A DNA stretch of 62,830 bases, taken from assembly GCA_032718475.1 (NCBI GenBank), contig JAUCBJ010006987.1:1-62830 (forward strand). The letters are read 5' to 3'. A program made the translations under genes and the position numbers. Positions 12,520 to 26,411 of this stretch are shown here, one piece after another. Source of the stretch: Nemertoderma westbladi (taxonomy: Eukaryota; Animalia; Xenacoelomorpha). Below the pieces are notes generated by a model that worked only from the letters and a program-made list of their open reading frames with translations, was not told where the DNA came from and searched no databases. How positions within the stretch are numbered: the first letter of the stretch is position 1; every line of letters begins with the position of its first letter.

Positions 12520-13785
12520 CCGAGATGGGGTGCCCTACATGGGGGGGGGGGGGGGGGTGAAAGAAATGCTAAGTGGTTGCAGTTTCTAAAAAAAAGTTTG
12601 TGCCCCGTAACGACGAGTGTTTAGAATACCATAGTGGTTATTGCTGTCAGCCAAGGATGTCTGTCTGTCTGTCCGAAATTCAAAGTGAAATCTATTTATC
12701 TCTATTCCTATCCACTTGACTATAATTGTGGCTGCCTCTTTTCACTTAGTTTTCCCCTCTGTGAAACTCTTGCTCCTTTTGTCCAAAACTGGTGGTTTGT
12801 TGAACGCATTATTCCTTTACTTTACATGCTGATGAGGTCAGAAGTGACAGACATCCGTCTCGCCTCTGATCTTTCTGCGTTACTGATCGCTTTAATTTCC
12901 TCCTTGTTCTCGAGGTATTGCGGACCACTCCGTTTAGTTGGCCCCAACCTGCCATCCACCCTGTATCTCCCTCCACCAGCTGTTTATGAGAACGTGTAAT
13001 GTTATTACTTGCGTAGTGACCGATTACAAAAAACTATCAAGACCCTCTCTCTTGGCTGTTCAGTTCAGGCATGGTGGGGACGCCACTCTAGCACTCAGGG
13101 TTTAAACTTCATCGTCAGGGTTGGCACACCAGTAAACGAAAATTGTTTCCGGCACTGGAGTCGAAAGCCTTATAGAGTGAGGCAGAAAGGCTCTATTAAA
13201 TAGATAGACCAGGCGACCAGGGGGTCTCGCAGTAGCCCGCCTCTAGATGGCGCTAATTGGAAATGATAAAATAATTACCGTATGAAGCTTCTCACACTTC
13301 AGAAAGGGTTGGGGGATGCAATCAAAATGCATCCCTCTCTGTCTCCAAGGGAAAAAATCGACGTCAATAACAGCTGATGACTCTCAAAAAAATGTCACCT
13401 GTTCTATTGACTTTCGAGTTTCATCTATTGTTGTGATTAGAATAACTGTAGCATGTTCCTTTACCTTTGTTGATAATTTAACATTGAAACGAAGTATTAA
13501 TTCGTCGAGATGGGATTTGCGACGAGTTTTTATCCCTGCCTCTACCCATTTTGGTTCTCAAACACTACTTGGCTAACAATCTGGCAAGATCATTAATGTA
13601 CATAGTCCTCGGTGTTACTAACTGAAAAAAGGTAACGGTTGGAAGATTTAGGCTAAAATAATTCATTATATTATTTCAATCGTGCGATTTTTCTTGCAAT
13701 ATTTTTTGATACTTTTGATTATTTAAGTAATATGTATATTATTATAGTTATAAATTTGATGCTAAGTGTATTCTGAATTTATATA

Positions 13786-16700
13786 TACAGCTGTGTGTAC
13801 ATAATTTGTGTACATAGTTTGTTACAGCTGTACATACATAGTTTGTTACAGCTGTACATAGTTTGTTACAGCTGTACATAGTTTGTTACAGATGTACATA
13901 CATAGTTTGTTACAGCTGTACATACATAGTTTGTTACAGCTGTACATAGTTTGTTACAGCTGTACATAGTTTGTTACAGCTGTACATAGTTTGTTTCAGC
14001 TGTACATACATAGTTTGTTACAGATGTACATACATAGTTTGTTACAGCTGTACATACATAGTTTGTTACAGCTGTACATAGTTTGTTACAGCTGTACATA
14101 GTTTGTTACAGCTGTACATAGTTTGTTACAGCTGTACATAGTTTGTTACAGCTGTACATAGTTTGTTACAGCTGTACATAGTTTGTTACAGCTGTACATA
14201 GTTTGTTACAGCTGTACATACATAGTTTGTTACAGCTGTACATAGCTTGTTACAGCTGTACATAGTTTGTTACAGCTGTACATAGTTTGTTACAGCTGCA
14301 CCATGCACATACATAGTTTTTTACAGCTGCACCATGCACATACATAGTTTGTTACAGCTGCACCATGCACATACATAGTTTGTTACAGCTGTACATACAA
14401 AATTTGTTACAGATGTACATACATAGTTTGTTACAGCTGTACATACAAAATTTGTTACAGATGTACATACATAGTTTGTTACAGCTGTACATAGTTTGTT
14501 ACAGCTGTACATAGTTTGTTACAGCTGTACATAGTTTGTTACAGCTGTACATAGTTTGTTACAGCTGTACATAGTTTGTTATACATAGTTTGTTACAGCT
14601 GTTCAGTGTTCATAGTTTGTTACAGCTGTACATAGTTTGTTACAGCTGTACATAGTTTGTTACTGCTGTACATAGTTTGTTACAGCTGTACATAGTTTGT
14701 TACAGCTGTACATAGTTTGTTACAGCTGTTCATAGTTTGTTACAGCTGTACATAGTTTGTTACAGCTGTTCATAGTTTGTTACAGCTGTACATAGTTTGT
14801 TACAGCTGTACATAGTTTGTTACAGCTGTACATAGTTTGTTACATCTGCACGTACATAGTTTGTTACAGCTGTACATAGTTTGGTTACAGCTGTACATAG
14901 TTTGTTACAGCTGTACATAGTTTGTTACAGCTGCACCCTGCACATACATAGTTTGTTACAGCTGTACATACAAAGTTTGTTACAGATGTACATACATAGT
15001 TTGTTACAGCTGTACATAGTTTGTTACAGCTGTACATAGTTTGTTACAGATGTACATACATAGTTTGTTACAGCTGTACATAGTTTGTTACAGCTGTACA
15101 TAGTTTGTTACAGCTATACATAGTTTGTTACAGCTGCACATACATAGTTTGTTACAGCAACAGCACTACATAGTTTGTTACAGCTGTACATAGTTTGTTA
15201 CAGCTGTACATAGTTTGTTACAGCTGTACATAGTTTGTTACAGCTGTACATAGTTTGTTACAGCTGTACATACATAGTTTGTTACAGCTGTACATAGTTT
15301 GTTACAGCTGTACATAGTTTGTTACAGCTGCACCATGCACATACATAGTTTGTTACAGCTGCACCATGCACATACATAGTTTGTTACAGCTGTACATACA
15401 AAGTTTGTTACAGATGTACATACATAGTTTGTTACAGATGTACATACATAGTTTGTTACAGCTGTACATAGTTTGTTACAGCTAGCTGTACATAGTTTGT
15501 TACAGCTGTACATAGTTTGTTACAGCTGTACATAGTTTGTTACAGCTGTACATAGTTTGTTACAGCTGTACATAGTTTGTTACAGCTGTACATACATAGT
15601 TTGTTACAGCTGTACATAGTTTGTTACAGATGTACGTACATAGTTTGTTACATCTGTACATAGTTTGTTACAGCTGTACATAGTTTGTTACAGCTGCACC
15701 CTGCACATACATAGTTTGTTACAGCTGTACATACAAAGTTTGTTACAGATGTACATACATAGTTTGTTACAGCTGTACATAGTTTGTTACAGCTGTACAT
15801 AGTTTGTTACAGCTGCACATGCATAGTTTGTTACAGCTGCACCCTGCACATACATAGTTTGTTACAGCTGTACATAGTTTGTTACAGCTGTACATAGCTT
15901 GTTACAGCTGTACATAGTTTGTTACAGCTGTACATAGTTTGTTACAGCTGTACATAGTTTGTTACAGCTGCAACCTGCACATACATAGTTTGTTACAGCT
16001 GTACATACAAAGTTTGTTACAGATGTACATACATAGTTTGTTACAGCTGTACATACATAGTTTGTTACAGCTGTACATAGTTTGTTACAGCTGTACATAG
16101 TTTGTTACAGCTGTACATAGTTTGTTACAGCTGTACATAGTTTGTTACAGCTATACATAGTTTGTTACAGCTGTACATAGTTTATTACAGCTGTACATAG
16201 TTTGTTACAGCTGAACATAGTTTGTTACAGCTGCACCCTGCACATACATAGTTTGTTACAGCTGTACATACAAAGTTTGTTACAGATGTACATACATAGT
16301 TTGTTACAGCTGTACATAGTTTGTTACAGCTGAACATAGTTTGTTACAGCTGCACCCTGCACATACATAGTTTGTTACAGCTGTACATACAAAGTTTGTT
16401 ACAGATGCACATGCATAGTTTGTTACAGCTGTACATACATAGTTTGTTACAGATGTACATACATAGTTTGTTACAGCTGTACATACATAGTTGTTACAGC
16501 TGCACATACATAGTTTGTTACAGCTGTACATACATAGTTTGTTACAGCTGTACATAATTTGTTACAGCTGTACATAGTTTGTTACAGCTGTGCATAGTTT
16601 GTTTAATTGTACATAGTTTGTTACAGCTGCAGATGCATAGTTTGTTACAGCTGTACATAGTTTGTTACAGCTGTACATACATAGTTTGTTACAGCTGTAC

Positions 16701-18193
16701 ATACATAATTTGTTACAGCTGTACATAATTTGTTACAGCTGTACATAGTTTGTTACAGCTGTGCATAGTTTGTTTCAGCTGTACATAGTTTGTTACAGCT
16801 GCAGATGCATAGTTTGTTACAGCTGTACATAGTTTGTTACAGCTGTACATACATAGTTTGTTACAGCTGTACATTCATAATTTGTTACAGCTGTACATAA
16901 TTTGTTACAGCTGTACATAGTTTGTTACAGATGTACATAGTTTGTTACAGCTGTACATACATAATTTGTTACAGCTGTACATAATTTGTTACAGCTGTAC
17001 ATAGTTTGTTACAGCTGTGCATAGTTTGTTTCATTGTACATAGTTTGTTACAGCTGCAGATGCATAGTTTGTTACAGCTGTACATAGTTTATTACAGCTG
17101 TACATACATAGTTTGTTACAGCTGTACATACATAATTTGTTACAGCTGTACATAATTTGTTACAGCTGTACATAGTTTGTTACAGCTGTGCATAGTTTGT
17201 TTCAGCTGTACATAGTTTGTTACAGCTGTACATACATAGTTTGTTACAGCTGTACATACATAGTTTGTTACAGCTGTACATACATAGTTTGTTACAGCTG
17301 TACATACATAGTTTGTTACAGCTGTACATTGTTTGTTACAGCTGCCGATGCATAGTTTGTTACAGCTGCAGATGCATAGTTTGTTACAGCTGTACATAGT
17401 TTGTTACAGCTGTACATACATAGTTTGTTACAGCTGTACATAGTTTGTTACAGCTGTACATAGTTTGTTACAGCTGTACATACATAGTTTGCTACAGCTG
17501 TACATACATAATTTGTTACAGCTGTACATAATTTGTTCCAGCTGTACATAGTTTGTTACAGCTGTGCATAGTTTGTTTCAGCTGTACATAGTTTGTTACA
17601 GCTGTACATACATAGTTTGTTACAGCTGTACATAGTTTGTTACAGCTGTACATAGTTTGTTACAGCTGCACATACATAGTTTGTTACAGTTGTACATACA
17701 TAGTTTGGTACAGCTGTACATACATAGTTTGTTACAGCTGTACATAGTTTGTTACAGCTGTACATAGTTTGTTACAGCTGTACATACATAGTTTGTTACA
17801 GCTGTACATAGTTTGTTACAGCTGTACATAGTTTGTTACAGCTGCACATACATAGTTTGTTACAGCTGTACATACATAGTTTGGTACACCTGTACATACA
17901 TAGTTTGTTACAGCTGTGCATAGTTTGTTTCAGCTGTACATAGTTTGTTACAGCTGCAGATGCATAGTTTGTTACAGCTGTACATAGTTTGTTACAGCTG
18001 CAGATGCATAGTTTGTTACAGCTGTACATAGTTTGTTACAGCTGTACATAGTTTGTTACAGCTGCAGATGCATAGTTTGTTACAGCTGTACATAGTTTGT
18101 TACAGCTGCAGATGCATAGTTTGTTACAGCTGTACATAGTTTGTTACAGCTGTACATAGTTTGTTACAGCTGCAGATACATAGTTTGCTACAG
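13786..18193. repeat. Satellite of ~4.4 kb; 20-bp unit CATAGTTTGTTACAGCTGTA with 24-bp (+CATA) and ~30-bp variants
   Basis: Directly visible tandem array. The unit contains the palindrome TACAGCTGTA. Confidence 0.97.
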
Positions 18194-20268
18194 CGGTGCA
18201 TGTTTGAACTTAAAAATTAAAACCTACGTTGCTCTACCTTTTAAGTAAGCATGTTATGTAGTAATTTATTATTTTGTGAGATTACTCTACATGTAAACAT
18301 ACTTACTGATCAACGTGTAAGGTATATTAGATCACCTTACACGTTGATCAGTAAGGATGTCCGGTGGGACGGCGTCCCAGAATTATTATACTATCGGTGG
18401 TTGGTTTATTTTCTTACTTTTATCAAGTATATTAATATTTTCTGCCAATTACACACCGTTTCAATATTAATAGTTTTTCTTTTATTTCAAACATTCCGAA
18501 TTAAGAACATTTATATTATTTATGTGTATCGAATTTTATTATATATTTATTTATTGTTATGTTATGTTTATCGTGCTATATAGTTTATAGTATAATTATT
18601 ATTTACAGAAATCTATCTAATATTGAAAGTAATAAATCTATTGTATGCTAACCAATTATTTTTAGTTGCCATTTTCTATTACTACCCACACGAAATTAAC
18701 GAAGGCATATTATATATGACGTGTATTAACAACGTTAAAAACAAATGATGCAATATTCAGCTATTGGCAAAATGTATATTCGAAATTTATTATCTCTAAC
18801 TGAAATCACAATCGGAAATACTGTACCGGTAGTGCAATTATTTTGAAAAACCACATACACAAAAACTAAACATTCAACTTCCAGCTAATTTAATGACACC
18901 AGAGTCCTGAACAGTCGAGGTGGATGGAAATAAAGAAATCAACTAGGCACATTATCATACAGTACTTATACTATAGGCCTATACAGTACATTACTACAAA
19001 CTGTACTATTGGCGTATTATTCCAGTCAAAATAGGGCTCAGCCTCGGACTAATTGCAACAGAATTTAATTTAATATTTTCTAAACCCAAATTTTATGCTT
19101 ATCAACATATCCAAAATCGGCCAAAGTCGGTTGTTGGAACTTGGTTAAATAGACCATTTCACCATGACAACAGAAGGTCATATTTAAAAAAAAAACCCTT
19201 TCCTATAATCCTACGGAATTTTAACCTTGACCTACCCCACCCAAATCACTATCGGAGAATCCGATGGGGCACTTTGGTTACCATGACAACTGTGAGAAAT
19301 ACATCGTCAAACTTAATTGTACAGTGAATTTATGAAATTTTGGAAACGTATCCATATTGCGTGTTCCCAAAGTTGCAAAATAAGGAAACTCTGTAATTAT
19401 ATTGTCCTTATAAGCATAAATGTTTTTTTCTAGATTCGGCGTTGAAGTGGAATAGTAGTTGGCCTGTATCCTAGGTAATAAGAAAATAATATCACCTATA
19501 ATGTTTCTTCAGTTTAAATATGGTTACTATCATTTTAAAAAGAAACCAATTCAGGATCAAGTACCTCACATGTTGCTATGTTCAGACCATAATTTGCCAG
19601 CCAATCGTGTCATTTCTTGTTGCCATGGCAACCAAAAATATTATTTAATATGTGAAAATTGAATCGGAAACATTTTATATCTATTGCAGATGCATATCAA
19701 TATGTTACATTATACATAGTCAACATTCATAATTACAAGCGGAGTCATTATTCTGTTGTTACCATAACAACGGGCATATTTTAGTATTTATGTAGTTTTA
19801 GTAGCGTATTTGGTATTTTATTGACATTGGAAGATAATATCGTTACAACTAGCGATACATAAGTTAATCACATTAAAGATTATTGAAAAAATTGTGTGGA
19901 GTCCGCTACAGTTATTTTATTTACCAAAGTCTTGGAATTTTGACCATAGCAACGGGAGTTTGATCCTAATGCGGGAGTGAGCTGTCTAGCGGAAATACAA
20001 CACGTATACACCAACACCATTTATAATTATAATAGGCCATTTAAATGATGAAATAATTACAGGATTGATGTGAATGTGAATGTCGCTTATTTCATATTTT
20101 TTGGCATTCAAGCGTTATTTACGAAACTACACTGTGCTGTGGAGGTGCCGGGGTCCGATATTGTTTAGAGAACTGGAATTATAGATCCCGTCTCAGTGTT
20201 TTTGCCCTACAAGTACTGTAGTGATATAGTTTGAGTTAGCAGTAGCACCCTAAATGGAAACATATTTA

Positions 20269-20430
20269 GGCCCAGCGCGCACTAGAGATGCAAGATGCAT
20301 GATAAATTCTTTGAAATATACATTAATATAATCAAAGTATAATATATAAAATAAAATACGATGCATCTTGCATCTCTAGTGTACGTCGGGAACGATTTTT
20401 GCATCTTGCATCTCTAGTGTGCGGCGGGTC
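20269..20430. mobile_element. Small MITE (~160 bp)
   Basis: GGCCCAGCGCGCACTAGAGATGCAAGATGCA ... TGCATCTTGCATCTCTAGTGTGCGGCGGGTC, flanked by TTA and TAA, with an extra internal copy of the right arm. Confidence 0.7.
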
Positions 20431-20600
20431 TAACAGGACTTGAGAACCTCGACGGTAATTAAAACCGAAAATTATAACAAAAACATTTTGGGAAATATTA
20501 CTGAATAACATTACGTCATATTATAATAATAATAATGTATTTATTAGAAGGACAATGGCGGATCCGTAGATCGTAATTGTAAATATGGAAAAAGAAAAGA

Positions 20601-21233
20601 TTAATTCTCAAAGAAGCATACGAGCCCTGTGAGTCGGGTTAGTGTCTCACAGTTAGTAACCGAAGTATCGGTGTCTGTCTGTGAGTCTGTGTGGACCGGT
20701 AGTACCAGAGTGTCGGTGGGGTCTAGTCTCCAACCGCGCTCGGCAACCAGTTCCCGGGTAGTTCCCGTCGACAATCCCAGCATCTCGCTCAATCGATCCA
20801 GCCGAATGGATCCGTAGGCCTTGGCAACCAGAGCGGCCACTCTCTCGCGGGTCCGTACCGCTAGGAGGCGCATTAAGGGTTCTATCTGAGGCGACCATGA
20901 CGACGCACCAGCGGAGGAGTACACCGCAGACAGTTCGCGTCGCCACACGCTCCTCCCAACCGACCAAATCGCAGACAACTCAGCGTTCTCTTCCTTCACG
21001 TTAGTAGGAATTCGTTTCCATAGAAACCTTGCGTTTGTGGCGTCACCATCTATAAGGTAACTGACTAGTAGTTGGGCGTACACTTCCACCGGACATTTGT
21101 TGCTGGGGGAGGAACTCAACTCTTTCGCTTCCAGTTCGGCCACCGTTTTCTCGTTGACGATCACAGAATTATCCGCGATATTTTCGGGGGTTTCCTCGTC
21201 AACTTGCATCGTGCGATTTTCCGATGTCACCAT
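20601..21233 (-). CDS. COPS8: COP9 signalosome subunit 8, single coding exon
   Basis: VYAQLL..YL...D..NARFLWKRIP...EL..IWSVG..VW.R, RERVAALVAKAYGSI and C-terminal LTRLTGLVCFFEN are CSN8 hallmarks. Start chosen at GCGGCGATGG (21233); the ORF is open up to 21290. Confidence 0.9.
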   Translation of the reverse strand: MVTSENRTMQVDEETPENIADNSVIVNEKTVAELEAKELSSSPSNKCPVEVYAQLLVSYLIDGDATNARFLWKRIPTNVKEENAELSAIWSVGRSVWRRELSAVYSSAGASSWSPQIEPLMRLLAVRTRERVAALVAKAYGSIRLDRLSEMLGLSTGTTRELVAERGWRLDPTDTLVLPVHTDSQTDTDTSVTNCETLTRLTGLVCFFEN

Positions 21234-22559
21234 CGCCGCCAACCGACGACAGTGTAGATTCTCACTGTCGTGATTTTTTATGAAGTACAAAATACTGAAC
21301 TGCTCTGTTGAAATAGGATTCAGGATACTGGGATAGGCCTAGGCCTACTACTACTGCCTGACTGCTGTACAGGAATGAGTTTACTACAGCACAGCGCACA
21401 CAACGCCCGATTTTGTCCTTTTGAACGCCAAAATTTGGCGTCGCCAGAACCAATCTAGCTGCATTTTCCTCATAGAAAAAAATAGGAAAAAATATGAATG
21501 CTAAGCGCATTCGATACAAAATTATCGCATTTTAAAATGTATACCACTGAATTCCTTGCAAAATATAATGACATTTCACCTCATAAGAAAAAAATTGCTT
21601 ACGGAATGAAAAGTTATCTCACTTTTAAAATATTATCAGAATTAGGCGTAATGGAACGCCAAATTATGTCCACAGAAAAAGGAACGCCAAATTATGTCCT
21701 TGGAGTGTTTATTGATTGACAGTCAGACAGTAGGTATCCTGTGCTGAGCTGTAATAGGTGCGAGACTGATCTAGGCTAATATAATACAGTAATAAAGGGA
21801 AGGCTGGCGCTGGGTTGACTATATATATGTAAGGTATAACCAAGGCCTTGGGTATAACTTACTGGCTGACTGGCGCCCAATGTCTGGGGCAGGTTAATGA
21901 ATAGAGGGAAGATGTGACCTAGCTTTTCTTTGACACCGGCAGAGTGGGGTATTACGTGTGTGCTTGTATTAGATCAATAGATGTTGGTTGGACTATTATT
22001 GGCTGATTGGAGGGAGACCCTATTTTGAGTTTTTATTGTATATCCTCCAGGATATACAATAGAGGGTCTTTATTCCTTAGGGGGGCTTTAAAGGCATAGT
22101 TTGTAACTTGGATGTGAGTTAGGCAAAGAAGCAATCAATGGTAATCGGTAACCAATAGTGAGTGCCTGTGCCATGTGTCTTTGGTCAGATAGTTTAATGT
22201 TTTCTGTTTTTATTCAGTTTACTAGAAAGCCTGTGGCCCTTCGGGCCACAGCTTTCTAGTGCACGTGCAGATGATATATGAATATGTGTGGGAGATTTGA
22301 GAACTGCATACGGAACAGACACCATCATTAAATAAAACACCACCCCCATAAGAGATAACTGTCAAGTTTCAACTTTAGGCAGATTGTAAATAACAAAATT
22401 TCCAGAAAATGATCACTTTCAGATCCACCCTCTACCTGCGGACTGGTGAAATGCAGACGGCGCTGCAGTTTGGTAAAGATTGGGTTTATGGTGAAGTAAA
22501 ATGCCTGCCTTTCAAGTTTCAGCTTAAACAGTTTGTAAATAACAAAATTGGTGTAGATG

Positions 22560-24400
22560 TTCACATTCAGACATTTCACCCTCTAACGGTAGACTGAAGA
22601 ACTTTAGACGACTCTGGGACTCCGTAAAGATACAGAATATGCTGTAGTAGACTCCTGCCAAGTTCCAGCTCAATAGGATTAAAAAGAACCAAATGGGATG
22701 AGGTGTTCACTATCAGATATTTCGCCCTCTAGCGGCAGATACGGACTGCCACCAGCGGGGATCGAACCCGCGTCTCCCGAAAAACGTTCAGTTATGCTAA
22801 CCACTTAGAACTCTGTGACTCCGAAAAGGTACAGCCTATGCTGTAGTAGAAGCCTACCAAGTTTCAGTCTAAACCGTTAGTAAATAACAAGTTGGAGAAG
22901 ATGTTAACTTTCAGACATTTCACCCTCTAGCGGTAGACTGGGGAAGTGAATAGGATTCTGCAACCCCGTAAAGATACAGCCTATGATGTAGTAGATACCA
23001 ACCAAGTTTCAGCTCAAAATGATTAAAAAGAACCAAAAGGGATGAGGTTTTCACTATCAGACAATTCGCCCTCTAGCGGCTGACTGTGGAACTGTAGATG
23101 ACTCTACTACTCCGCAAAGATATAGCCTATGCTATAGTAGATGCCTACCAAGTTTCAGTCTAAAAGGATTGTAAATAACAAAGTTGGAGGAGATGTTAAC
23201 TTTCAGACATTTCGCCCTCTAGCGGTAGACTGGGGAATTGTAGACGACTCTGCGACTCAGTAAAGATACAGCCTTTGCTGTAGTAGATGCCTACCAAGTT
23301 TCAGTCTAAACGGATTGTAAATAACAAAGTTGGAGAAGATGTTAACTCTCAGACATTTAGCCCTCTAGCGGTAGACTGGGGAATTGTAGACGACTCTGTG
23401 ACTCAGTAAAGATACAGCCTTTGCTGTAGTAGATGCCTACCAAGTTTCAGTCTAAACGGATTGTAAATAACAAAGTTGGAGAAGATGTTAACTCTCAGAC
23501 ATTTCGCCCTCTAGCGGTAGACTGGGGAATTGTAGACGACTCTGCGACTCAGTAAAGATACAGCCTTTGCTGTAGTAGATGCCTACCAAGTTTCAGTCTA
23601 AACGGATTGTAAATAACAAAGTTGGAGAAGATGTTAACTCTCAGACATTTAGCCCTCTAACGGTAGACTGTGGAATTGTAGACGACTCTGCGACTCAGTA
23701 AAGATACAGCCTTTGCTGTAGTAGATGCCTACCAAGTTTCAGTCTAAACGGATTGTAAATAACAAAGTTGGAGAAGATGTTAACTTTCAGACATTTCGCC
23801 CTCTAGCGGTAGACTGGGGAATTGTAGACGACTCTGCGACTCAGTAAAGATACAGCCTTTGCTGTAGTAGATGCCTACCAAGTTTCAGTCTAAACGGATT
23901 GTAAATAACAAAGTTGGAGAAGATGTTATCTCTCAGACATTTAGCCCTCTAACGGTAGACTGGGGAATTGTAGACGACTCTGCGACTCAGTAAAGATACA
24001 GCCTTTGCTGTAGTAGATGCCTACCAAGTTTCAGTCTAAACGGATTGTAAATAACAAAGTTGGAGAAGATGTTAACTTTCAGACATTTCGCCCTCTAGCG
24101 GTAGACTGTGGAATTGTAGACGACTCTGCGACTCAGTAAAGATACAGCCTTTGCTGTAGTAGATGCCTACCAAGTTTCAGTCTAAACGGATTGTAAATAA
24201 CAAAGTTGGAGAAGATGTTAACTCTCAGACATTTAGCCCTCTAACGGTAGACTGGGGAACTGTGGACAACTCAGTGACTCCGGAAATATACAGCCTATGC
24301 TGCTGCTGCAGTATATAGCAACCAAGTTTCAGCTCAAAAGCATTAAAAACAACCCAATGAGATCAGGTTTTCAGTATCGAACAATTCGCCCTCTAGCGGC
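22560..24400. repeat. 146-bp tandem array (about 13 units; the homogeneous core at 23130-24260 alternates two variants)
   Basis: GCCCTCTA recurs at 23214, 23360, 23506, 23652, 23798, 23944, 24090 and 24236. Confidence 0.95.
22747..22819 (-). pseudogene. tRNA-derived sequence (pseudo-tRNA or SINE head) within one repeat unit
   Basis: Minus strand reads GTCACAG AG TTCTAAGTGGTTAGCA TA ACTGA ACGTTTT TCGGG AGAC GCGGG TTCGATC CCCGC TGGTGGC A: A-box-like AGTGGTTAG, perfect T-arm and B box, 73 nt. The anticodon loop is non-canonical. Confidence 0.55.
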
Positions 24401-25175
24401 AGACGGTGGAACTTCAGACGGCTCTGAGTATTACGTTGCAACAAGTTAGGGCAAGACCTATCTAACGAGCTATAGTAAGCGAGATTTCATCGAGATTAGA
24501 TGTATAATATTAGATAAAATAATAATACAGTAAGTATAGGCCTACAGAAATAATTATTTTACTTTTAATATTCATAACAGTAAAACAAAAATGTTATAAA
24601 CCTCTCCTTTTCCATGCAGCCAATGATTGAGAAAGCAGAATTACTCTGAGCAATTCGCAACAGACAACCCAAACCCACCCCAATCAACACTCCAGCCTGC
24701 TTGCTCCTTATCTGTGCCCAGCCAGCTAGCTGCGAGTTCAATAATTACCTTAACGTTGCTATGATACAGAAAACAATCCTTCCCTATTCAATACCAATAG
24801 GGCAATTCGATCGTGCTTGGCGAATATGACATATTTATACACTATTTGGTTTTTAATCAATAAATAATCATACATATTTATATTAAACACTCGAATAAAA
24901 TAAAAACTTTGTGAGAATGGGACACGGCGAATCTACTCATGTTAATTTTATACCAGATGGGATAAATGTTAGCCCTCTAAATAATTAATTACCGATAGAA
25001 GAACCGAAATAATTCGATAAATTTCGCCCGAAAATCACGAAAATCGCCCTCTAGCGGCAGACGGGTGAACTTCAGACGACTCTGAGTATTACGTTGCAAC
25101 GAGTTAGAGCGAGACCTTTCTAACGAGCTATAGCAAGCGAGATTTCATCGAGATGGGTTCGATTGTATAGCTGAT

Positions 25176-25207
<32 letters not shown>

Positions 25208-26411
25208 ATCGAGATTTATATATATTAGATTTTGTGACAACACATAAGAGACGGCCTCAACAGATCTGCCACAGCCAATCAAATACTCATCATATGGGTG
25301 TCTAAACTAATCAGTAATCTGCCAAACAAGAAGGAAAGTTAGGCTGTTACGTAACCTGACAGCATGGTATGGAGATAGAGATAACCAGTGGCAGAGTGGA
25401 GCAGCCGTTATACAGACTTTATGACGACAAGCTCGTACAGTACACAAGTACACTTCAATGGCGGCCACGTTAACTGATGTTAGGGTAAGCCAATGAATAC
25501 CATTGTTTGTCGTATTGGCAAGGCGATTTCCACAAAGTGGTAAGCGGTTTCCACAAAGTGGTAAGCGGCTTCCACAAAGTGGTAGGCAGCACTCAGCTGG
25601 TCATAGCCATTTACCTTAGAGTCTTAGGTTGAGCTAATAGATTGGTTTGTTATTGGTTGTGGCAAGATCCTGCCAGATTAATTAATATTGACTGCGTTGT
25701 AGTGAGTGTAGTTTACAATAATATTTAAGGAATGGATGAATGAACTGATGAATGACGGTTATTGAATGAAAATAAGATATAATTGGTTGTATCATTGTAT
25801 CAAACACATATCTCATTGTAATATAGTATAGGCTGATAGGCCTACTATTTTAAAACATGTACAATACAAGTAATATATTACGGATTATTTAAAATATAAT
25901 TAATCTACTGTAAACGTGTGGGGTGTCTAAAAAATAAACGGCACTCAGTAAAATGGGGTTAAAAGGTAGGGCATGATGATAACACAGAGCGAAATGAAAT
26001 ATAAAAAAAACAAATTAAAATTAAATATATTCATTAAATATTCATTCATTAAATAAAATTTTATTTAAACCAAAAAATTTTAATAAAAAAAAATATAAAA
26101 CTATTTAATAAAACTATTTACTTATTTTTTTTACTAGATGAACCAGTTGTAAAACCATTCACCCCGCTCGGGGGTATAGATTGTTTTTATTATAATATTG
26201 TCTATTTGGTCTACCACGAGCCGTTTTTATTTTTATTTCTGTCGGGATTAGACTGTAAAAAAGTTAAATATAAAAGGTTGACGGGAGGGCGGAGCAATTA
26301 GTGGAACAAGTGACCTACGATTGGATGATTAATTTACTGTTTTCCTATTGGATGTGGCAGATCTGTTAGGGCTGTCACTAATGTTTTCATTATCAAAGCG
26401 TTAATTTCATG

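Larger units (their letters stand above)
22221..25230. mobile_element. Helentron/HINE (DINE-1/pearl-like) non-autonomous element with internal tandem array
   Basis: Terminal hairpin ACTAGAAAGCCTGTGGCCC-TTC-GGGCCACAGCTTTCTAGT at 22221-22260. Internal 146-bp repeats. (ACAG)n microsatellite followed by TATATTAGAT at 25181-25230. Confidence 0.6.

Noticed and set aside
12829-12865. Hammerhead-like CTGATGAG-GTCA-GAAG-TGAC
   Set aside because: The required CGAAA core reads AGACA, and stems I and III are not evident.
13786-18193. CRISPR-like array or Cys-rich ORFs
   Set aside because: The units are head-to-tail with no unique spacers, there are no cas genes, and the context is eukaryotic. The ORFs are repeat translations.
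19017-20183. Repeat-like block with several CCATG(G/A)CAAC (RFX-like) motifs
   Set aside because: Probably a non-autonomous element, but only a ~9-bp terminal inverted match and no TSD were found.
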